Program-made: the position numbers and the translations under genes
DNA from: Callorhinchus milii
Lineage: Eukaryota
Direction of reading: 5' to 3'
NCBI RefSeq assembly: GCF_018977255.1
Contig: NW_024704747.1
Span: 30,194,001-30,258,000 of the forward strand
DNA length: 64,000 bases
Shown here: piece by piece, positions 40,540 to 52,988 of the stretch
How positions within the stretch are numbered: the first letter of the stretch is position 1
Layout of the letters: each line of letters starts with the position of its first letter
Notes under the pieces: generated by a model
Database searches by the model: none
The model's input: only the letters and a program-made list of their open reading frames with translations
What the model was told of the DNA's origin: nothing

Positions 40540-40873
40540 TAATAATAAATAATAATAATAATAATCCTTGCATTTGATATAGCGCTTTTCACGTCGGGAG
40601 GACGTCCCAAAGCGCTTCACAGAACACACTGTAAAGTGAATTGACTGTATATTTGTGGGCGAACGCGGCAGCCAATTGCGCACAGCAATGTCCCACAAAC
40701 AGTCGTAGATTGAAAATGACCAATTTATTATTGTTTTTGGTTTTGAAGGGATTATTATTAGGCTCTGTGTGGAGTAAGGAAACTTGCCCGAGGTTTGGCC
40801 CTCTGCCTGGAATTGAACTCAGGTCTCTCGCTTGCAAAGCGAGTGCTCTAACCACTGAGCTACAGGACTCCAC
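40540..40873 (-). mobile_element. Young SINE subfamily B, full length
   Basis: Diagnostic B junction and L2-type GGGACGTCCTCCCGACGTGAAAAGCGCT tail. Confidence 0.93.
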
Positions 40874-42027
40874 TGTGTATATTGGAGTATACATCAGAAA
40901 GGTTTACCCTGTGAGTGAGTTAGTGAGTGAGTATGTTTTACACTCCTAACGTCATGTATTGAGGCCTGATGGTAGTTGACATAATACATTGCAAAAGAGG
41001 CCATGCAGCGAGGCTTGTGACTACTCAGCTGTGCTGTGAGATGAAGTGTTGGGCCAGTGTGGTGCACCTCATGTTCTGCGTGCCTTTGCAATTGTAAGAT
41101 ACCGTACATTCTGCCAACTGATCCACTGAGAGGCCGTGGTATCACAATCATTAACTCATCATCCTCTCGGCCGGCACGTTTTAGTGTGGAGGTGATCATC
41201 TCTGACAGTAAAAGGGAAACCCAATGGAAAATTCTAAACGAAAAGTATAATTTAACAAGTTAATTGTGCCATTGTTTATGAAACCACTATCAATTTTACC
41301 TAGCAGTAAGTAGGAACCCAGTTGTTAGTCAATTGGCAGATCACCTTCCAAGGATAATGATCCCCTAAAAAAAATGTGGTCACTCAATCCACGACTGTTT
41401 GTGGGGCACTGCTGTGCGCAATTGGCTGCCGCGTTTCACCCGGAAAACACACAGTCACTATACTTTACCGTATATTCTGTGAAGCGCTTTGGGACATCTC
41501 AGCAACATGATCAGGCGCTATATCAAATGCAAGGATTATTATTAATTTCACCCATAATTTTAATAGTTTGTGCCATTTTGTAACTGTTTTACTGTCAGAA
41601 GGAATATGTTCCACTTCATTTAATGCACAAAACTATTGCTCATAAATTCAATCTGATGGAAGAATTTCCATAATTTATCAACTCATCAATTTACTATTCT
41701 CAGAATAATTACTCTGTAAAACCGTATATTTGCTTTGAATGAATCAAGGGTGAGTTGAACTGCTCGAAAAAACATCCGAATCGCCCAAGTCAGCTATTTC
41801 CTCACAACCGCATCCCCCACACACACATACACAAACACACACACACACAACCCTTCCCCACCGAACCCCCCCCCCCACCCCACACAGACACACAACCAAT
41901 TTCAACTGTTTATCGTTAGTTAAATGCCCAGTAGCTAAATGATCCAACCATTAACTCTAATTCCAATACACTGAAACAACAACACTGCACCACCGACTTG
42001 GATGTTTGGACAATTAAATTCTGAACG

Positions 42028-42298
42028 TGGAGTCCTGTAGCTCAGTGGTTAGAGCACTCGCCTCGCAAGTGAGAGGACCTGGATTTGATTCCCGGGCAGT
42101 GCTGAATCCTTGGGCAAGTTTCCTTACTCCATACGCCTCTGTTTACCAGCAGTAAGCAGAAACCCAGTTGTTAGTCGATTGGCAATTCGTTGCCGCATTT
42201 CGCCCACAAAATATACAGTCGATTCACAGAGGTAAACAGAGGTGTGTGGAATAAAGAAACTTGCCGAAGGTTTCGCCCCGCCCGGGAATCAAACCCGA
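42028..42298. mobile_element. Deleted family A SINE (+) fused to an inverted partial copy
   Basis: Plus-strand head and body to about 42230, then reverse complement of the B-box/body segment at 42231-42297. Confidence 0.8.
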
Positions 42299-43739
42299 TG
42301 TGTGTATGCACATGTGAAGTTAATTTGGTAATAGAATATTTCCTGCTCCATCCAAGGTCAGATTTGTGAGCCAGTTGCCCTTGTTGGTCTTGTCTCTAGC
42401 TGCATCTGTTGCTATGGTACCTAATGTACACGTTAGCATGTCTTTCCCAAGATGATTACACTCCTCTCAATATTCAGCATATAACAAGCTCCTGAAATCA
42501 AGCTCATTCCTTCCTTCAGGATCATGTATAATTTACACAATCATTGACACTACACAACGTGTTTAATGTGAGGGACATGAAGACCCAAAGGGTACAGAAT
42601 GATATTGTACAGAAAAACAAACCCTCAAAACCTCTCTCTACCCACTGAAGATGATCAGGAGAAATCTACATCACGTCAATTTAACATTGCAATCCGCCTT
42701 TTCCAAGCCTGGTTTGCTGACGTCCCATGTCTGATATTTCGTAGCCAACAGGACAGAAGCCATAGCGTGAAATAGCAATGTTGATAATCCTTATGTAATG
42801 TTCCATTCAATCTGGTGCCACGAGCGCTTAAAACACTCTGATGTTGGAGTCACTTTGTGCCGTGCAAAATTTAAATGACAGCGATTTAAATGTAATCAAT
42901 TAATACGGTTTTTGGAGCTGGTTCCAGCAGCCATGCTCTGACAGTGTTGCTGTGTATGGTGAGAGTAATGTGATTATTGGCCGTAAGCTTATAATCAGGC
43001 TGCGCCTCACAGCATTCACCATAGACTTCAGCACAATACACAAATTGATTGCAGTTCTGAGAGGGATTTTTCTAAAATAAATGGCAGTAAAGAAGTTTCA
43101 AACAGATTTCTAAGTCTATAATCTGACCAGGAAAATAATAATAATAATCCTGATACAGTGACTCACCACGTCTTCAAGTCATCTCAAAGCTCTTCACAGG
43201 ATATACTGTAAAGTCAATTGAATATTGAAAGAATATTTTGTGGGTTTGCACACAGCAGTGTCCCACTGCCCTGCGTAAGGGGCGCTATGTAAATGCAAGT
43301 TGTTGTTGTTGACAATTTGGCTCCACACAATTGTATATACTGATTATTGCCAGCGGCTTTGTGAGCTCAGTAATATTAGGTTTCATATTTTATAATGTTT
43401 CCAAGATCTCAGGCAATAAACACAGTGATTCATCTTGTAATGTAATTGCTGTAACAAGTTTACATATCTAATGTTATCACAGCTCCAAAATAATACCTTT
43501 ATCAATTTATGATTTACGGCAAAAATGCAGTCAGTAATTCAATGAAAACCATCATCTCAAATCAGTGAATGTTGTACACAGAAATGAAACCTGACATTAG
43601 CCTAAAAAATAGACACCCATTAGTAATAGTGCGATTGTAATCAGATCTCTGAATTCTGAGCTTGACAAACCACAAGAGTAGACCTGCAGCAATATGTCTC
43701 TTGAATCGTTGCAAATCGAGCCATACTTATATCTGCTCA

Positions 43740-44060
43740 AGGAGTTCTGTAGCGTAGTGGTTAGAGCATTCACGTCGCAAGCGAGAGGACCTGGGTTTAA
43801 TTCCCGGGTGGGATGAAATGTTAGGCAAGTTTCCTTGCTCCACGCACACACCTCTGTTTACCTTAAAAGTTAGTAGGAACCCGATTGTTAGTCGATTGGT
43901 GGATCGTTTTCTGGGAGTAATAGAAAAAAATTTGATACTTCAATCAATGACTGTTTGTGGGACACTGCTGTGTGTAATTGGCTGGCGCATTTCACCCACA
44001 AAATAAGACATGATAAGGCACTATATCAAATGAAAAAAAAGTTAGGATTATTATTATTAT
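43740..44060 (+). mobile_element. Family A SINE with a tail deletion
   Basis: Head, body, and tail lacking the CAGTC...CTCGA segment. Confidence 0.85.
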
Positions 44061-44519
44061 AAGTGCTTTTATCTCTGCAAATTTGCTTTAATACTGCACG
44101 GTATCACAATCTGTTATTGGAGTTTAGTATTTCTATCTTCTTACTGAATCAGTGTACAGTGTATATGAATGGTAAAGGTTAAGGTTTATGATTCTGAAAA
44201 CTTTATATTCACCCAATATTGTAATCATTTCCCATTCTTTTTGCTAATGACTGTCTATCCTAATGGAAAATGGAACAAATCGATAGGATACAGTAAACCG
44301 TTTGACAGATCGGTTTACTGAAGCCAATAAGGGTTGTATTGCAACATGTACAGATTTCTTCCATAGTTCTGTAATGGAGGTTAAGGCTGTAACTAGAGAT
44401 TTAAAAAAAACACAAGGTGAAGTGCAATGTTCTCCCATTAGTCTGTCTTGTAACAAACACCGTTGCTATGTACCAGCTCTTACGAGACCCACATAACAAG
44501 ATCAGGAAAAAAAAATAGT

Positions 44520-44660
44520 TTTGGTCAGTCAGGTGTCTGACACATGCGGAAACCATCACTGTGCTTAAGGGTATCCAAACCAAGCTGAGAATTCCATGCC
44601 TCCCACCAACACACATGGAAATCCCAGAGAGAGATGGTTGGAATGGAACCCCCTCTTCAT
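44520..44660. mobile_element. Fragment of unclassified TIR family C
   Basis: CAGTCAGGTGTCTGACACATGCGGAAACCATCAC...GAAATCCCAGAGAGAGATGGTTGGAATGGAA matches 59267 onward. Confidence 0.75.
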
Positions 44661-44776
44661 CGGGAAAAACACTGAACAAAATGGTTATTAAACCTTAATT
44701 ATGTTCGGAGAGATTTGTCGTATACGATAATTATCACATCACAAATTTGCCCCCTTAGGATTCAAAGATGACCTTT

Positions 44777-45106
44777 GTGGAGTCCTGTAGCTCAGTGGTT
44801 AGAGCACTCGCTTTGCAAGCGAGAGACCTGAGTTCAATTCCAAGCAGAGGGCGAAACCTCGGGCAAGTTTCCTTACTCCACACAGAGCCTAATAATAATC
44901 CCTCCAAAACAAAAAAAAAACAATAATAAATTGGTCATTTTCAATCTACGACTGTTTGTGGGACATTGCTGTGCGCAATTGGCTGCCGCGTTCGCCCACA
45001 AATATACAGTCAATTCACTTTACAGTGTGTTCTGTGAAGCGCTTTGGGACGTCCTCCCGACGTGAAAAGCTCTATATCAAATGCAAGGATTATTATTATT
45101 ATTATT
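44777..45106 (+). mobile_element. Young SINE subfamily B, full length
   Basis: GTGGAGTCCTGTAGCTCAGTGGTTAGAGCACTCGCTTTGCAAGCGAGAGACCTGAGTTCAATTCC...(ATT)n. Confidence 0.93.
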
Positions 45107-47899
45107 TTCAGGGAGTTTATCTGGATTGGTACTGTAGGAAGAGGCTAAGCATTAGCTACTGTGACACCTGTACCTGACATCATGTTGGATGACAACAAAT
45201 ATCCAAAGGAACCCAATTCATATCATTTTTAATATTCCTACCAAGTGTCACACGTACTGATTTGAAGACATTCTGCTATTTTTTTCCCCCTTTTTGGGGA
45301 TTGAAGTGAGAGGCTTGCTCTGCAAGTTACTCAAGTAACTTTACAAAGGCCATACATAGTGTTCCCATAGGAAGACCTCCAGTGCTTCCAGATCAATTTG
45401 TTTTAAACAGGGTAAGTGCGTGGCCTGAAGGGCACATGTGAAACTGTGCAGGAGAGGAGAAAGGGGCTGATTCAGCCGACACCTCAGAGCAGCTGAGTCC
45501 CAAACGGATTCTCCTGATAAAGGTCAATGGATTTACAATTGCTACCTATGTTCGCAGTCCCAGATTCCATCAACCAATGTTTTTATTTCCGACTTGAACT
45601 TTAATGGAAGTTGACCTGTGGACTCATTTGGTTGAGGTCTGCTTTTCCTTGGTATCAGTCTTGTTCGTTTAAACCTAATCATTCCAAATAGGATTTTGAT
45701 CGTAGTTCGTGTGCATCTGCCTCTCACACTTAATTTAACTAAAGCTGTTGTCACCTTTAAATCATGGCAGTAGGAGAACAATAATAATAATCCTTACATT
45801 TGATAAAGTGCTTCACAGAATACACCGTAAAGTGAATTGACTGAATATTTTGTGGATGAAACACGGCAGCCAATCATGCACAACAGCGTCCCGCAAACGG
45901 TTGTTGTGACCAAATTTTATTCTTTTGGAAAGGGATTATTACCGCGGAAAAGTGATCCGCCAATCGACTAACAATCGGGTTCCTATGCTAGACTTACTCT
46001 AAACTCAAGCTTTAAGTGGATGATGCTTTCCCTGAAATGTACAAACAAATTTCTGATATGCCGAATCTGTCCGTCCTTTTTATAAAGCTGAGATTTGCAT
46101 CATGGGAGCATCTGTTCCCAGTTTAATTTGATAGGATCATAAATGCTGTAGTTAAAGCCAGATTTGTGGTCTGAAATTGAACTTGCGACTAATCCTGTGA
46201 ATCATACTCTTCATAACGGGAACAGTGTCCAAAATGACCTATTTGACCAGTGAGTGGAGAAGAAATATACGTGATCACAACCAGCTACCACCTTTGGATA
46301 GTTTCAAACAGATGAAATCTTTAACATTATCCGCATTTGACTGCATTTTATGGATTGTTTCGCCCACAAAACACACAGTGAATCCACTTTACAGTGTATC
46401 CTGTGAAGCGCTTTGAGACGTCTCAACGACGTGATGAGGCGCTGTATCAAATGCCAGGATTATTATTATTATATTTTATTGCATTTTATATATGGATTGC
46501 GCAGTTAGTATTAGGTGGTAATGCAGTGAAATGCTAAATGGATGGTAGCTGTGAATTACATGTTAGAAATGGTGGAAAGCTATTAATAGTGAGTGGTTAA
46601 TCTTCTGTCCACAATCACACTGCAGTAATAGTACTATAGATTTCAGGTTTCCAGATGGTGATTTTGCTGGTTTTGGTTGGGGGAAAAAAAATCTCCTTTT
46701 GTTACAGAAAATGACTTCTAATCATGTGTGTTGTTTCAGCTAGGCATGAGTGCAAATTCAGGTCAGTCAGCAATCTCAGCTAATCCGAACTCCGTTGAAT
46801 ATGATCGAGCTGGGTCAAACCTAGTTATACCTGGTTCAACCCCTGATACATTTTAAGTAGAGTGGAATTCATACATTTTCTGGCTGCAAATTCACTGCAG
46901 GCAAAGCTTGTGGTAGTATATCACCTGTCACAAACTTGCCCCTATTGTTAATTCAGGCACATTGGAGTCTACAGGGAGTCCCGTAGCTTCGTGGTTACTG
47001 AGCGACTGGTTGTTAGTCGATTGGCGGATTGCTTTGCCGGGGATAATAATCCCTTAAAAAATAATAATAATAATAATTTGGTCACTTCAATCCAACACTG
47101 TTTGCGGGACCTGTGCTGTGCACAATTGGCTGCCGCGTTTCGCCCACAAAATATACAGTCAATTCACTTTATGGTATAATCTGTGAAGCATCTCGAAGAC
47201 ATGATAAGACACTATATCAAATGTGAGGATTAGTATTATTAGATCAATCAGTGCAAAATAGAAAAGCAAGACATTTAAATAAAAAGATAAATATCATTCA
47301 TAAAATGGCTTTTTAAACTCATCCTATTTAAACAGTGAATGAGATCTTGGGATCATTTGAAATAATGTATTAAACTCCCTTTGATACCTGCATAAGGGAT
47401 TTTATTTTCGATGGGGAAAGCTTGCGTTTAAGTTAAATATTTTTACAGTATAAGTTAAGCTTTTTAAGAAGGGTCTGTGTGGCTTTGTGAATAATTGCAC
47501 ACGGTGACCCAGACATTGTGCTATCCACAGGGCAAAGGNTTTTTGAAGGTCTAGTCTAATTGCTTAGTCCCAGGGCTTTGCGAAACATCATCTCACCCCT
47601 GGAAGTGAATACAGTAGTTTAACATTTAATAAAGCCTTGGCTGGAGCCACTGACGCCTGATTGATTTTCATTCATTCAGCAAATTAATTCTGTATCACTC
47701 GCATTCATTCTTTTCTGTGATTCTTCCCCCATGCCAGAGAATAACCCTGGGTAAGACAATCTCAACAACAACAAGGCTGAGTGTCAGTGGACTCTATGGG
47801 AACCTCTATGACTAACCAAGGGCAGGGCGAGGGAGAGACAGTCTGAGCAGGGGGTATGTCTTAGGTGGGGCTAAGATCCTCCAACAAACTTTATCTAAT

Positions 47900-47988
47900 A
47901 TAAACACAGAAGTCACTGGGAACACGCAGCATCCATGGAGAGAGGAAAATGAGTTAACGTTTCAGGTCTATGACCTGTCGTCAGAACT
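47900..47988 (-). mobile_element. Tiny Penelope-type insertion with TSD
   Basis: TTTATCTAAT duplicated at 47890-47899 and 47989-47998; homologous to 52741-52830; carries a hammerhead motif. Confidence 0.7.
47952..47988 (-). ncRNA. Minimal type I hammerhead ribozyme motif
   Basis: Minus strand AGUU-CUGACGA-C-AGGUC(AUA)GACCU-GAA-ACGU-U-AACU: stem I, conserved core, stem II, palindromic stem III, predicted cleavage after GUU. Confidence 0.75.
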
Positions 47989-48024
47989 TTTATCTAATCA
48001 TGACCTAACCTCTCGGAGATTGTT

Positions 48025-48482
48025 GTTAATAATAATAATAATCCTTGCATTTGATACAGCGCCTTATCACGTCTTCGAGATGTCTCAAAGCGCTTCACAG
48101 AATATACTGTAAAGTGTAGTGACTGTGTATTTTGTGGGTGAAATGCAGCAGCCAATTGCGCACAGCAGTGTCTGTCCCACAAACAATCACGGAGCAAGTG
48201 ACTGATTTTATTTAGGGGATTGTTGGCCAGGGATAGGATACCGGGAGAAATTCTCCTTTTGAATAATGTGGCGGGATCTTTATCTTCCACCTGAACAGGC
48301 AGACAGGACCTTGGTGTAACGTCTCATCTGAAGGACGGCACCTCCGACAATGCAACTCCACCCCCTGTTCCACCAGCAAAGTATTGAAGTGTCAGCTTAG
48401 ACAATGTGATTCCAAGTCCCTGCTTGGGGGCTTGACCCTACAACCTTCTGACTCAAGAGAAGAGAGTTCCCCCAGGCTGACA
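48025..48482 (-). mobile_element. Near full-length DeuSINE (SacSINE1-like head and Deu core, shared tail)
   Basis: Minus strand GTCAGCC...GAGTCAGAAGGTTGTAGGGTCAAG...GCTGACACT...GGAGGTGCCGTCCTTCAGATGAGACGTTACACCAAGGTCCTGTCTGCCTGTTCAGGTGG...AATTGGCTGC...GCAAGGATTATT. Confidence 0.82.
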
Positions 48483-51071
48483 CACAGATGGAAATGTGAT
48501 AAATTCAGGTACCCTCCAAGAAGAGGGNAAAAAAAGAACATTGAGGATTCTACCATGCACTGATGGCTAAACATAGCAATATTTTTCATTATCTCTTCAT
48601 GCAATTGGAGATGATGTGGTGAAAGTGTTGTTATAGAGCAATCCGATTATCTGACAAAGGGCATCTCAATTAGACAAAGCTCTATTTTTCTCCTGTTACT
48701 CAGTGAAGCAGGAAAAGTGGTACGTAGCAACTTAGAACAAGTCCTATTGTAGCTCTCACAGAATCCAAATCATTTCTGGTGGAGAAACTTGTCAATCCAC
48801 AGAGACCCTGGAAAATGTCAGATTCTGCTTCCACTAACCTGAGTCATGTCAGCCATAAAATCTGGAACTCTCTCCCTCCCCCAAAAGGCTGTGGATTATG
48901 GCTGGATCCTTTCCAATTTTCAAGACTGAGGTGGATAGCTATTTGTTAGGTCAGGGTATCAAGGGATATAATAATAACCCTTGCATTTGACACAGCGCCT
49001 TACCATGTCTTTGAGACGTCTCAAAGCACTTCACAGAATATGCCGTAAAGTGACCGTGTATTTTGTGGGCAAAGTTCTGGGAGAATGTGCTGAACGTAGG
49101 AGTGTGAAGCCTCCTTTCATTATTAACTGAGAACCAATGGTACATTAAAGAAAGCCAAATTAGAAAACAAGCCAAACTTCAGAAGGTTTTTTTTCAGTAA
49201 TTGAGATGTTCTCTCGAGAAACTCAACAACCCGAGTCAACCTCATCTATTTTGGGGTTTGGTGTCACAATGATCCCCTAAATTAATCCCTAAAAAAGCTC
49301 AAGTGCATTTTTGGAGACTGCAGATATAACTGAGATGGTTACAAGAGTGTCTGTTCACCATAACAAATTGGAGAATGTCACAGTGCAAACTCCTTATGGT
49401 TTAAGTTCCTCTCATGCATGTAAACAAAGGCAAATGACTGTGTTTTCTTAAGGAATGTGTTTGCTCTGGAGGGCTGGGGATTGACTGTCTGAGAGAGACT
49501 CATTAAAGTGCTCTTCCTTTAATAATTGATAATGGAAATAAACCCTAATGAAATTTCCATCTTCCAGACACGTGAACTGTTCCTGATATTACTCTGTGTT
49601 TGCTAATAGAATGACAGAGCAAGCTTAGTTTGGTTGCAGCTTTACTTAAAGTCTTTTCTGNTTTTTTTATCCGATTCATTTGGGAGCCCAATGGATATAT
49701 ATTATACATATTTGGTTTACGGCAGAAGAGGCTGACAACATCACCAAAATCCTCTCTGCTGGAGCTGTCCCACAGAAACAGATTTTCCAAAAGTGCCATC
49801 TTGCAGTAAGATTATAATAATAATAATCCCTTGTAATTGAAACAGCGCCTTATCATGTCTTCGAGACGTCTCAAAACGCTTCACAGGATATACTGTAAAG
49901 TGAATTGACTGTATTTTGTGGATGAAGAATAGCAGCCAATTGCAATCCGCCAATCGACTACATGGAGCAATACGGCGGAAGTAATACCAATTAACATAAA
50001 AGCAGTTTCAAAATCTGTTCCATGTTGTGGTTCCATAAATGCAGAGATTCCTATATTCCAAGGAAAATCACAAAGGAAGACAAAGGAACAAATGAGGTGG
50101 AGGGCAGTAAATGGTGAGATCAGAGGTGATCATGGTGCAGGGCAAAAGGCAATAAATAGTGGGAGATTATAGAAAGAAAAGATGTGTGATTGGTTATAGA
50201 AGAAGGGGAGGGGAGAGGCAAGGCTGAGAGAAGATAGGAGCTGAAACATCATAGTAATCTTTTTAAATGAATAATAAGCTTCCTCAAAGTGCTTTTCTAA
50301 AAGGTATATCCTCAAGCTAAATCAGGTAAGAACATTAAGGTCCACTTTTGGTACCCAGTGTCAGTACGACAGCTCTAATTATTATTTAATCAACACGCAT
50401 GCAATATATAATAACCCATAGCATTTGATACAGCAACTTATGACGTTGAAATGTCAAAGGACCTCACACAGCATTTTTTTATTCCTGTATAATTTAGTGA
50501 CTGTATTTGTAACCCACACAGCAGCCAATTTGTTCACAGCAATGTTCACAACCAGGAATAAAGTGAATAGCTATATGTTTTTAATCTAAGCAATTATTGT
50601 CCTGTCAGGACACAGGAAAACCTTCCTGTGTATAAGTTTACATTGTATTCTCAAAGTTTACTGCAGTTGTCTTTTCAGCAATGCAGACAGGCCACGTATT
50701 AATTATTCAAATATGTGTGTGGTATATCAGCTTCCAGATTGATAAAGTATTGTTTGAGATGTGTCTGATTAGGTTCCCCCTCCCCTTCCCACCCCATCCA
50801 CCTCCCTTTCTTGGAAATCGACAACAACAACTACTTGTATTATATAGCACCCCGCCACAGGGTAGTGTCCCAGAGTGCTCAATCTACCTAAACCTTCAGA
50901 CACAAAACCTCTCATTGAAATCTCCATCTGACAGCAGCGAAGAAACCTGCTTTGGGGGTTGAAAACCACTTTCTAAAGAAAGTCAACCTACTTTAGAAAA
51001 AACGTATAATAATAATATACTAACCCTATTATTATTAAATAAGATATATTATTATTATTACGTATACATAC

Positions 51072-51406
51072 AGGGCCTTATCACGTCTTCGAGATGTCTC
51101 AAAGCGCTTCACAGAATATACTGTAAAGTGAATTGACTGTATATTTGGTGGGTGAAACACGGCAGCAAATTGCGCACCGCAGCGTCCCACAAGCAGTCGT
51201 GGATTGAGTGACCAAGTTTTTTTTAACGAATTATTACCCCAGAAAAGTGATCCGCCAATCGACTAACAACCGGGTTCCTGCTCACTGCTGGTAAACAGAG
51301 GTGTGTGGAGTAAGGAAAGTTGCCCAACGTTTCGCCCTGACCCGGGAATCAAACCCGGGTCCTCTCGCTTGCGAGGCGAGTGCTCTAACCACTGAGCTAC
51401 GGGACT
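51072..51406 (-). mobile_element. Family A SINE, near full length
   Basis: Well-preserved head with CTCGC-CTCGCAA-GCGAG anticodon-like arm, body and tail. Confidence 0.9.
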
Positions 51407-52740
51407 ATGACCTGAGAGGGGGAAAATCAAGCTTTGTGTGGGTGCAGGTTTTCAACCATTATTTACCATTTACCTTCAAGGAAACACTACCCAGTGATGT
51501 ACAAAAAAGACTGTTTCATGGTTAGCTAAATGCATGCTGTGAAACAAATGGCCGGGCTTTGTTTAACATTGTTTTGCAACTGTTTAGCAGATTAAACACA
51601 AAAGATTTACAAGAATTAATTGTATATGAAATTACTGTAACCCAGCTAATGAATTGAAATCCATTAAATTGTCATTTTGTACAATGTAGAAAAGATATAT
51701 TAACACAGGCAAGAAATTGGCCTTAAAAATGGTGCTATTTTACACTACATGCAGTGGTGTAAGCATGAAATCAATTGCTATAATTATTCACTGCCTACAG
51801 CGTTTTTCTCAGAAATATGACATGATCCTAAAGCCTGACATCGTTCTTCATTGTGCATTTAAGTCAGCTTGAAAGATGAACTCGCTTGCATTTAAAATGA
51901 TATTTCAATCGTTCAGTTACAAATACAATCTCCTGCTTTGTGCTACTCTCTGTTCCTCTGCCGTGAATGAATCCAGCTTAAAATAACGCAGTATTGAAAA
52001 GGCTTAAACAATGGTATTTTGAGGATGTAAGTACTGAAAATACCCATCATTGCTTTCCTATTTTGTAAATTGAATGATAGGTAGTTTTTGTGGTTTTATC
52101 TTTTATGCCATTTTTATAGACACCGTGAACAGAGAACAAACTGCAGAAAGATATTGAAGTAAAACACAGTGAGCTAAATATGAATACAGCATTTTCTGTG
52201 CCAGAGAGGAAGAAATCTGTTNAAAAAAAGCCTTCTTTTATCAACCTCCCTCTTTGAAGTCATTACCTCTGCTGCCTTACAATGCTATGATATCAAATGT
52301 TTCAGCTTGCCTCTGTTAGTAGCATTCTTGCATCTGCTTCAGACATTTGTGGGTTCAATAATAATCCTTACATTTGATATAGCACCTTGTCATGTCATTA
52401 AGATACAGTACTGACTTGACTGTATATTTTGTGGACGAAATTCGGCAGCCAATTGTGCACAGCAGTGTCCCACAAATAGTCGAGGATTGAGTCACCAAAT
52501 TTTTTTTGAAAGGTTATTGTAATATAATAATATAACCAGAAAAGCGATCCGCCAATCGACTAACAACCGGATTCCTATTTACTGCCAGGTAAACAGAGGC
52601 GAAACTTGCCCAACATTTTGCTACAATATTTATATGGGCATCTTTCATTTCAGGAGGATGCATCTCAAAATGTTTCACACAGCTAACTGGGAGACTGAGC
52701 TCTCCCTGACTGTGGGGGGAGAGCAAGGAGGTGGCCAAAA

Positions 52741-52873
52741 ACACAGAGAGAGCTGGGAAAACTCAGCAGGTCAGGCAGCATCTATGGAGAAAGGAAAGTG
52801 AGTCAAGGTTTCGGGTCCACGACCCTTCGAAACAACTTGTTTCAGATTCCAGCATCTGCAGTATTTTGTGTTT
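52741..52873. mobile_element. Mini Penelope-type insertion with inverted ends and truncated hammerhead
   Basis: TGGCCAAAA duplicated at 52732-52740 and 52874-52882; left arm matches the 47900 element; right arm CCAGCATCTGCAGTATTTTGTGTTT is an inverted version of the left terminus. Confidence 0.65.
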
Positions 52874-52988
52874 TGGCCAAAAGCACGGTTGATAGAGGTA
52901 GGTTAGGTATTCAGGTGGGTTTGACGGCAGCACGGTAAACCAACTCCCTAATGGAATTCCAGAAGGTATTTATTCTCTTTTGAGTGAG

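Noticed and set aside
44777-44850. tRNA-Ala genes
   Set aside because: No acceptor stem or terminator; each continues into a SINE body and tail.
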